From an uncultured delta proteobacterium (lineage in GTDB: Bacteria; Myxococcota_A; UBA9160; SMWR01): 64,000 bases of DNA. The stretch lies in assembly GCA_963785985.1 (NCBI GenBank), contig CAWAXD010000024.1, forward strand, positions 68,885 through 132,884. Reading direction: 5' to 3'. The first letter of the stretch is position 1. Each line of letters opens with the position of its first letter. Position numbers and translations under genes: made by a program. Of this stretch, positions 57,540 to 64,000 are shown in pieces. The notes under the pieces are model-generated. The model was given only the letters and a program-made list of their open reading frames with translations, had not been told where the DNA came from and made no database searches.

Positions 57540-58633
57540 GCAGCCGCTTCGGGCGCCAGTTCCAGATCACCAGCTTCGGCGAGAGCCACGGCGGCGGTGT
57601 CGGCGTGGTGGTCGACGGCTGCCCTCCGCGCCTCGCGATCGCGAGCGAGGAGATCCAGCGCGATCTCGATCGGCGCCGCCCCGGACAGAGCGCCCTCACG
57701 ACGCCGCGCGACGAGCCCGACCGTGTCGAGATCCTCTCGGGCGTCTTCGAGGGGCATACGCTCGGCTCGCCGATCGCGCTGCTCGTGCGCAATCAGGACG
57801 CGAGGCCCGAGGCCTACGCGGCGATGAAGGACGTCTACCGTCCCTCGCACGCGGACTTCACGACCGAGGCCAAGTACGGCATCCGCAACTGGCAGGGCGG
57901 CGGGCGCGCGAGCGCGCGCGAGACGATCGGGCGGGTCGCCGCCGGCGCGATCGCGCGCAAGCTGCTGCGTGTCGCGGCGGGCATCGAGGTGCTCGCCTGG
58001 GTGCAGCGCGTGCACCAGATCGAAGCGAAGATCGACGCCGCGAGCGTGACACTGGCTGCTGTCGAAGCCAACCCCGTGCGCTGCCCGGATGCGTCCGCCG
58101 CCGCCGAGATGGCCGCGCGCATCGACGCAGCGCGACGCCGCGGCGATTCACTCGGCGGCGTGGTCGAATGCGTGGCCCGCTGCGTGCCCGCCGGGCTCGG
58201 CGAGCCGGTCTTCGACAAGCTCGAGGCCGATCTCGCGCGCGCGCTGATGTCGCTGCCCGCCTCGAAGGGCTTCGAGATCGGCAGCGGCTTCGAGGGCACG
58301 CGCATGACCGGGATCGAGCACAACGATCCCTTCGTGCCGGGGCCGGATGGCCGGCCGCGCACCACTTCGAACCGCTCGGGCGGCGTGCAGGGCGGCATCA
58401 GCAACGGCGAGCCGATCGTGGTGCGCGTCGCCTTCAAGCCGACTGCGACGATCTCGCAGCCGCAGCAGACGGTCGATCGCCGCGGCGCGGCGACGCAGCT
58501 CGAGGCGCAGGGACGCCACGATCCGTGCGTGCTGCCGCGCGCCGTGCCGATGGTCGAAGCGATGGTGTGTCTCGTGCTCGCCGACCATTGGCTGCTGCAG
58601 CGCGGCGTCGACGTACTGCCGAAGCTCGGGTAG
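57536..58633 (+). CDS. aroC: chorismate synthase
   Basis: ATG 57536 overlaps the mutY stop (ATGA), inside ORF 56561..58633. [39 protein letters not shown]. Confidence 0.95.
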   Translation: MSSRFGRQFQITSFGESHGGGVGVVVDGCPPRLAIASEEIQRDLDRRRPGQSALTTPRDEPDRVEILSGVFEGHTLGSPIALLVRNQDARPEAYAAMKDVYRPSHADFTTEAKYGIRNWQGGGRASARETIGRVAAGAIARKLLRVAAGIEVLAWVQRVHQIEAKIDAASVTLAAVEANPVRCPDASAAAEMAARIDAARRRGDSLGGVVECVARCVPAGLGEPVFDKLEADLARALMSLPASKGFEIGSGFEGTRMTGIEHNDPFVPGPDGRPRTTSNRSGGVQGGISNGEPIVVRVAFKPTATISQPQQTVDRRGAATQLEAQGRHDPCVLPRAVPMVEAMVCLVLADHWLLQRGVDVLPKLG

Positions 58634-58639
58634 CCGCGC

Positions 58640-59035
58640 TCAGGGCAGCAGCACCAATCCCGCCACGGCCGCGAGCGCGGCGCCGAGCACCGCGAGCGCG
58701 CCGAGCCAGGCATGCGCCTCGCGGGCGCGCGAGCGGCCCTGCTCGAGACGCCGACCCAGCACGGCGGCGGCTGCGAATAGCGCCACGACCACGAGCGCGA
58801 GCAGGCCATGGAAGCTCGCGAACACCCGCCAGCCCCGCAGCGCGACGGCCGAGAGCGGCCCGAGCACGAAGCCCACCCCCACGAGCGCGACGGCGGGCTT
58901 CGCGAGCCGCAGGTGGCGGCGGCGCGCGAGCGGATCGCGCGCGGCGCGGCCGAGCCGCGCGCGCCGCAAGGCGAGCCCGGCGCGCAGCGTGAGCCCGGCG
59001 AGCGCGAGCGACACGACCATCCACGCGGGATGCAC
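58640..59035 (-). CDS. small 4-TM membrane protein (DUF4079-like, tentative)
   Basis: 131 aa with four hydrophobic segments. GTG start. Confidence 0.5.
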   Translation of the reverse strand: MHPAWMVVSLALAGLTLRAGLALRRARLGRAARDPLARRRHLRLAKPAVALVGVGFVLGPLSAVALRGWRVFASFHGLLALVVVALFAAAAVLGRRLEQGRSRAREAHAWLGALAVLGAALAAVAGLVLLP

Positions 59036-59080
59036 GTAGGCGAGAGCGCGCGCGAACGGATCGTTGGCGGTCGGGTCCAG

Positions 59081-59806
59081 CTATTCGACCTTGTGGATCG
59101 AATCGCCGGGCAGCCGCGCGAGCAGCGCATCGAGCGCCCGCTGCACGTAGTGCGCATCGCGCGATTCGAGCGTCAACAAGGTCTGGAAGGCCTTGTCTTC
59201 GAAGCGCGGATACGAGCCGAGCATCAGCTCGGGAAACTCCGCGACCAGCTCGTTCAACGACGGCACGATGTCGCTCTCGCGCCGCGACACGAAGACGCGT
59301 CGCAGCACGAAAGGCACGCCCCGGAAGCGCTCGCGGATCGACTCGAACTTCTTGCGCAACAGCTGCGGCACGCCCGGGAAGATGTGGACGTTGGCGACGA
59401 TCACGGCCGGAAACCACAGGTCGCCCGCGTCGACGAGCGTTGCGCCGGCGGGAATCATCGCCATCTTGAGCTGGCTCTCGGTCGCGGGCGTGCCCTGCGC
59501 GCGTCCGATCCGCGCGACGATCGACTCGCTGCAGATCGTCTGCACGCCGAACGCCGCCGCGATCGCGTCCATCGTGAGATCGTCGTGCGTCGGGCCGATG
59601 CCGCCCGACGTGAACACCCAGTCGAAGGCCGCGCTCATGGCCTTGACCTCGGCCGTGATCGTCTCGCTCACGTCGGGAATCGTGACGATCCGCTCGACGT
59701 CGACGCCGAGCGCGCGCAGCTCCGCGCACAGGTACGGCGAATTGGTGTCGACGACCTTGCCCGAGAGGATCTCGTTTCCGATGATCAGGATGCCGGCGGT
59801 CGGCAT
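59081..59806 (-). CDS. molybdopterin-binding (MoCF_biosynth / CinA-N-terminal-like) domain protein
   Basis: 241 aa: GILIIGNEILSGKVVDTNSPYL, VFTSGGIGPTHDDLT, IFPGVPQ. Confidence 0.8.
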   Translation of the reverse strand: MPTAGILIIGNEILSGKVVDTNSPYLCAELRALGVDVERIVTIPDVSETITAEVKAMSAAFDWVFTSGGIGPTHDDLTMDAIAAAFGVQTICSESIVARIGRAQGTPATESQLKMAMIPAGATLVDAGDLWFPAVIVANVHIFPGVPQLLRKKFESIRERFRGVPFVLRRVFVSRRESDIVPSLNELVAEFPELMLGSYPRFEDKAFQTLLTLESRDAHYVQRALDALLARLPGDSIHKVE

Positions 59807-59888
59807 GAGGGCTCAGGATATCGAAGCGCGCGCGGCGCTCCAATGGCGGGCGCTTCCCGCACGCCGGCGCCTCGCGTAGAATGCGCCC

Positions 59889-60179
59889 GTGGACGTTCGC
59901 GTGCGCTTCCAGCCCTCCGGTCGCTGCGTCGTCGTCGCAGCCGGCTCGACGCTGATCGCAGCGGCGCGCCGGGTCGGCCTGCCGCTCGCGGGGGCCTGCG
60001 GCGGGGACGCGCTGTGCGGCGGCTGCGGTGTGACGCTGCTCTCGGGCGCAGGCGCCGTCTCGCCCGAGGACGCGGCGGAGGCGAAGGCGAAAGGCCGGAA
60101 CCGCGTTGCTCCAGGGCAGCGCCTCGCGTGCCGCGCCAGGCTGCTCGGCGATCTCGAGGTGACGGCCAGCTACTGGTGA
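59889..60179 (+). CDS. 2Fe-2S ferredoxin-like protein
   Basis: 96 aa. Cys cluster GACGGDALCGGCGV plus a distal LACRA. GTG start. Confidence 0.7.
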   Translation: MDVRVRFQPSGRCVVVAAGSTLIAAARRVGLPLAGACGGDALCGGCGVTLLSGAGAVSPEDAAEAKAKGRNRVAPGQRLACRARLLGDLEVTASYW

Positions 60180-60218
60180 AGGGAACGCGGCGCGACGTCG
60201 CGCAAGACGGGAGACGGC

Positions 60219-61151
60219 ATGCAGGGCATCCGGATCGGACTCGGGATGGGAGACGGCAGCGGCGCGAGCGTCGACGAGATCATCGCGCGCTGCCAGCGCG
60301 CCGAGAGCGACGGCTTCGCGACGCTCTGGTTCGCCAACATCTTCGGCTTCGACGCCATGACGCTGGCCGCCCTCGTCGGGCGCGAGACCCGGACGGTCGA
60401 GATCGGCACGGCCGTCGCCCCCACCCACTCGCGGCATCCCGTCTACATGGCGCAACAGGCGCTCTCGACGCAGGCGGCCGCGCGCGGACGCTTCGTGTTG
60501 GGCCTCGGCCCCAGCCACCAGCTCGTGATCGAGAACCTGCTCGGGCTCTCCTACGCGCACCCGGCGCGACACATGCGAGAGTACGTCACCGTGGTGAAGC
60601 AGCTGCTCGACACCGGGAAGACGAGCTTCCAGGGCACCCAGTATCGCGTGAACGCCTCGCTCTCGGTGAAGGTCGACGCGCCCTGCCCGGTGCTGATCGG
60701 TGGCCTCGGCCCGCTGATGCGCCGCATCGCCGGCGAGCTCGCGGATGGCACGCTGACCTGGATGACCGGTCCGCGCGCGCTCGCCGGCACGTTGGTTCCC
60801 GAGATCCGCGCCGCCGCGAGCCGCGCCGGACGGCCGGCGCCGCGCATCGTCGCGGGCCTGCCGATCGCGCTCACGAAAGATCCCGCGGCGGCGCGCGAAG
60901 CGGCAGCGAAGATGTTCGCGCTCTACGGAACGCTCCCGTCCTACCGCGCCATGCTCGATCTCGAAGGCGCCGCCACGCCGGGCGACATCGTGATCGCCGG
61001 CGACGAACGCGTGATCGAGAGCGCGATCCGCTCGCTGGCGTCCGCGGGCGTGACCGATCTCTCGGCGGCGCCCTTCCCGGTTGGAAGCGACGGCGCCGAA
61101 GGCGTGCGGCGCACCACGGCATTGCTCGCCGATCTCGCGAAACGCTCGTGA
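60219..61151 (+). CDS. LLM-class F420/flavin-dependent oxidoreductase
   Basis: 310 aa: GFATLWFANIFGFDAMT, RFVLGLGPSH, GTLTWMTGP. Confidence 0.85.
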   Translation: MQGIRIGLGMGDGSGASVDEIIARCQRAESDGFATLWFANIFGFDAMTLAALVGRETRTVEIGTAVAPTHSRHPVYMAQQALSTQAAARGRFVLGLGPSHQLVIENLLGLSYAHPARHMREYVTVVKQLLDTGKTSFQGTQYRVNASLSVKVDAPCPVLIGGLGPLMRRIAGELADGTLTWMTGPRALAGTLVPEIRAAASRAGRPAPRIVAGLPIALTKDPAAAREAAAKMFALYGTLPSYRAMLDLEGAATPGDIVIAGDERVIESAIRSLASAGVTDLSAAPFPVGSDGAEGVRRTTALLADLAKRS

Positions 61152-62317
61152 CGTCGCGCGAGCTGCGCTTCGAGACACGCGCGATCCACGCCGGACAGGA
61201 GCCCGACGAGGCGACCGGCGCGACGATCGTGCCCGTCTACCAGACCGTCACCTTCACGCAGGATGCGATCGGGAATCACCGCGGCTTCGAGTACTCGCGC
61301 AGCGACAACCCGACGCGCGCCGCGCTCGAAGCCTGCCTCGCCTCGCTCGAAGGCGGGCGCTTCGGCTTCGCCTACGCCTCGGGGATGGCGGCCATCAGCG
61401 GCGTCATGCAGCTGCTCTCGGCCGGCGATCACGTCGTCGTCGCGGACGATCTCTATGGCGGAAGCTACCGGCTCTTCACGCAGGTGATGCCGCGCTTCGG
61501 CGTCAGGTTTTCCTTCGTCGACGCGACGCGACCCGAGGAGATCGACAAGGCGTTCGAGCCCGCGACGCGGGTGCTCTGGATCGAGAGCCCGACCAATCCG
61601 CTCTTGCGGCTCGTCGACATCGCCGCCTGCGGCGAGATCGCGCGCCGCCGCGGAGCGCAGCTCGTCGTCGATAACACCTTCGCGACGCCCTTCCTCCAGA
61701 ATCCGCTCGCTCTCGGCGCGCACGTCGCGCTGCACTCCACCACCAAATACATCGGCGGCCACTCGGACGTGATCGGCGGCGCCGTCGTCGTCGACGACGA
61801 GGAGCTCGCGAAGCGGCTCCAGTTCACCCGCAACGCGACCGGCGGCGTCCCGGGCCCGTGGGACGCCTGGCTCACGCTGCGCGGCGCGAAGACGCTCGCG
61901 CTGCGCATGCGCGAGCACGAGCGCAATGCCAAGCTGATCGCGGAGTTCCTCGTGGGTCGCCGCGAGATCGCGCGGGTCCACTATCCCGGGCTGCCGGAGC
62001 ATCCGGGGCACGATCTCGCGCGCCGCCAGATGCGCGGCTTCGGCGGCATGCTCGCGATCGAGCTGCGCGGCGGCGCGGCGGCCGCGCGCAAGCTCTGCGA
62101 ATCGACACGCTTGTTCTCGCTCGGCGAGAGCCTCGGCGGCGTCGAGTCCCTGATCGGCTACCCGTGGTCGATGAGCCACGGCGCCTTCCCGCCCGAGGAG
62201 AAGCGCCGCAAGGGCGTCACCGAAGCCGTCGTGCGCCTCTCGATCGGGATCGAGCACGCCGACGACCTCTGCGCCGATCTCGCCCAGGCGCTCGAGCAGG
62301 CCGCGCGCGCGGGATGA
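61148..62317 (+). CDS. Cys/Met-metabolism PLP enzyme (cystathionine gamma-lyase/synthase/beta-lyase family)
   Basis: GTG 61148 overlaps the upstream stop (GTGA), inside ORF 58808..62317. ETRAIHAGQ, YSRSDNPTR, HSTTKYIGGHSD (PLP lysine), RLSIGIE. Confidence 0.9.
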   Translation: MTSRELRFETRAIHAGQEPDEATGATIVPVYQTVTFTQDAIGNHRGFEYSRSDNPTRAALEACLASLEGGRFGFAYASGMAAISGVMQLLSAGDHVVVADDLYGGSYRLFTQVMPRFGVRFSFVDATRPEEIDKAFEPATRVLWIESPTNPLLRLVDIAACGEIARRRGAQLVVDNTFATPFLQNPLALGAHVALHSTTKYIGGHSDVIGGAVVVDDEELAKRLQFTRNATGGVPGPWDAWLTLRGAKTLALRMREHERNAKLIAEFLVGRREIARVHYPGLPEHPGHDLARRQMRGFGGMLAIELRGGAAAARKLCESTRLFSLGESLGGVESLIGYPWSMSHGAFPPEEKRRKGVTEAVVRLSIGIEHADDLCADLAQALEQAARAG

Positions 62318-62679
62318 CGCGCGCGATCCTGCTCGTCGATCACGGCAGCCGCGTGGCGGACGCGAACGCGGCGCTCGACGAGGTCGCGGCGCAGCTCCGG
62401 CTGCGGCTCCCGGATCGGCTCGTGCGCGTCGCCCACCTCGAGATCGCGCCGCCCGGCATCGGCGAGGGCATCGACGCCTGCGTGGCGGCGGGCGCGACCG
62501 AGATCGTCGTGCATCCCTATTTCCTGTCGCCCGGCCGCCACACCAGCCACGACATCCCGCGCCAGGTCGAACAGGCCGCCGCGCGCCACCCGGGCGTGCG
62601 CGTGCGCCTCACGCCCGCGCTGGGTCCGCACGCGAAGCTACTCGACGTGATCGTCGAGCGGGTCAGCGATCCGCCCTAG
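62314..62679 (+). CDS. cbiX: sirohydrochlorin chelatase, short CbiX type
   Basis: ATG 62314 overlaps the upstream stop (ATGA). 121 aa: ILLVDHGSR, VVHPYFLSPGRH. Confidence 0.8.
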   Translation: MTRAILLVDHGSRVADANAALDEVAAQLRLRLPDRLVRVAHLEIAPPGIGEGIDACVAAGATEIVVHPYFLSPGRHTSHDIPRQVEQAAARHPGVRVRLTPALGPHAKLLDVIVERVSDPP

Positions 62680-62681
62680 CC

Positions 62682-63911
62682 ATGTCCGGCCGCTTCGCCA
62701 TGTCCTGCGTCTGGTTCTTCTGCCTCGGCGGCCTCGGCCTCTTCTTTCCCTATTTCAGTCTCTACCTGCGCGAGAACGCCGGCCTCTCCGGCTCGCAGGT
62801 GGGCGTCGTGCTCGCCATGGTTCCGCTCGTCGGAACGCTCGCGCAGCCGCTGTGGGGCCAGCTCGCCGATCGGACGGGGGCGCGCTCGCGCGTGCTCGTG
62901 CTGCTCGGACTCGGCGCCGCGACGGGCTATCTCGCGCTCGGTCTCGCGCAGGGCTTCGCAGCCCTGGTGCTCGCGACGCTGTGGCTCGCGCTCTTCTCGA
63001 CGGCGCTGGTGCCGGCAGCCACCTCCGTGACGTTCGCGCTCGCGCGCGGCGATCGCGTCCACGCGTTCGGGCGCATGCGCGTCTGGGGAACCATCGGCTT
63101 CCTCGCGCTGGTGGTCGGCTTCCCGCGCTTCCTCCACCACCTGCAGGCGGCGCGCGGTCTCGCAGCCGGGACCTTGGGCCCATCGGAGCCTGGACTCGAC
63201 GTGATGTTTCCGATCACCGCGGGCTTGATCGCGGCCGGGGCGCTGTTTGCGCTGGTGCTGCCGGGCGGCGGTGAAATGCACGTGCGCGCGCCGCGCGGCG
63301 ACTGGCGCCGCCTGCTGCGCCACCGCCCGTTCGTGCGGGTGCTCGCCTTCACGCTGATCGCCTACCTGTTCCTGCAAGGGCCGATGACGATCTTCCCGAT
63401 CTACGTGCGCTCGCTCGGCGGCACGCTCGATTCCGTTTCGAACATGTGGATCCTGATGCTCTCGCTCGAGATTCCGCTAATCGCCCTCTCGGGAAGCTCG
63501 CTCGCGCGTTTTGGACCGCGGGGTCTGCTCGCCATCGGCACGCTCGCGGGCGGCGTGCGCTGGACCGCCTGCGGCCTCATCGGCGATCTCTCGATCGTCT
63601 TCCCGTTCCAGATCCTACACGGCGTGGTGGTGGCCGGGCTGGTGGTGGGCGCGCCTCTCTACGTCGAGGCGATCGTCCCTGAGCGCCTGCGCTCGACCGG
63701 GCAGGGCGTGCTCGCGATGGTCGGCGTGAGCCTCGGCGCCGTGGCTTCGCACCTCGGGTCGGGCTGGCTGCTCGAGCACGCGGGACCGCGCGCGCCCTAT
63801 CTCGTCGGCGGGATCGGCAGCCTCGTGCTCGCCGCCCTCATCCCCTGGGTGCTGCCGCCGGCCGTGCGGGCCGCTCCCGCCGCGGACGAGGCGCAGGCCA
63901 GCGCGGGCTAG
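62682..63911 (+). CDS. MFS transporter (MFS_1-like / nucleoside-H+ symporter-like)
   Basis: 409 aa with 12 predicted helices. FFPYFSLYLRENAGLSGSQVG, GQLADRTGAR. Confidence 0.85.
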   Translation: MSGRFAMSCVWFFCLGGLGLFFPYFSLYLRENAGLSGSQVGVVLAMVPLVGTLAQPLWGQLADRTGARSRVLVLLGLGAATGYLALGLAQGFAALVLATLWLALFSTALVPAATSVTFALARGDRVHAFGRMRVWGTIGFLALVVGFPRFLHHLQAARGLAAGTLGPSEPGLDVMFPITAGLIAAGALFALVLPGGGEMHVRAPRGDWRRLLRHRPFVRVLAFTLIAYLFLQGPMTIFPIYVRSLGGTLDSVSNMWILMLSLEIPLIALSGSSLARFGPRGLLAIGTLAGGVRWTACGLIGDLSIVFPFQILHGVVVAGLVVGAPLYVEAIVPERLRSTGQGVLAMVGVSLGAVASHLGSGWLLEHAGPRAPYLVGGIGSLVLAALIPWVLPPAVRAAPAADEAQASAG

Positions 63912-64000
63912 CGTCGCAGCGCCAGCGCGAGCATCTCGCCGGTCGGAACGCGCAGCGTGCGCCGCCCGAGCCAACCCAGACCGGGCGGGAGCCAGGCGCC
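63908..64000 (-). CDS. 3' end of an unidentified gene entering from the right edge
   Basis: The reverse frame is open from 64000 to stop TAG (63910-63908): ...GAWLPPGLGWLGRRTLRVPTGEMLALALRR*. Only 30 codons are visible. Confidence 0.3.
   Translation of the reverse strand, partial: GAWLPPGLGWLGRRTLRVPTGEMLALALRR

Overview
This 64-kb window is a visibly very GC-rich (not computed), almost gap-free coding chromosomal segment from a Gram-negative bacterium. Outer-membrane beta-barrel genes and lipobox and Tat signals support the Gram-negative call. The gene content recalls Myxococcota/Binatota-type genomes, but taxonomy cannot be proven from this window. I support 65 protein-coding genes, two of them cut by the window edges. 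I found no rRNA or tRNA, no CRISPR array, and no transposase, integrase, phage or recognisable defence genes. Housekeeping content includes proS, aroC, mutY, rnd, pepP, acs, folK, an APS-reductase-type cysH, and a complete Rrf2-regulated sufBCDSU plus DUF59 operon. Metabolic content includes two LLM/F420-type oxidoreductases, a P450 with a LysR regulator, an acyl-CoA dehydrogenase, a crotonase, an SDR, two class-III and one class-IV aminotransferases, a SulP and two MFS transporters, and a cystathionine-lyase/CbiX operon. The main observations worth a second look are these. (1) A translationally coupled four-gene operon at 22.0-27.2 kb encodes a class-III aminotransferase, a LuxE-like acyl-protein synthetase, a LuxC-like acyl reductase and a B12-binding radical-SAM enzyme. 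It has no luciferase genes and may be an acid -> aldehyde -> amine lipid-tailoring pathway. (2) The luxE-like gene, the luxC-like gene and the essential proS each need a +1 frame correction, which points to assembly indels rather than decay. (3) A six-gene membrane-lipid head-group-like cluster lies at 35.7-41.8 kb. It encodes a CDP-alcohol phosphatidyltransferase, a membrane-anchored metallophosphoesterase, a flippase-like protein, an NAD-binding protein, a hydrolase-polytopic fusion and a creatininase-family enzyme. (4) An HTTM (SdpB-type) membrane protein is coupled to an uncharacterised anchored partner. (5) A 110-bp palindrome with perfect 29-nt arms sits at the rnd stop codon, followed by about 370 nt of lower-GC non-coding DNA. 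The terminator in that stretch is better oriented for a minus-strand transcript. (6) Several clear operator-type palindromes occur, including one set upstream of the suf regulator and one upstream of the IclR gene. Many very long ORFs in the supplied track are Arg/Ala/Pro-rich shadow frames of real genes and were not called.
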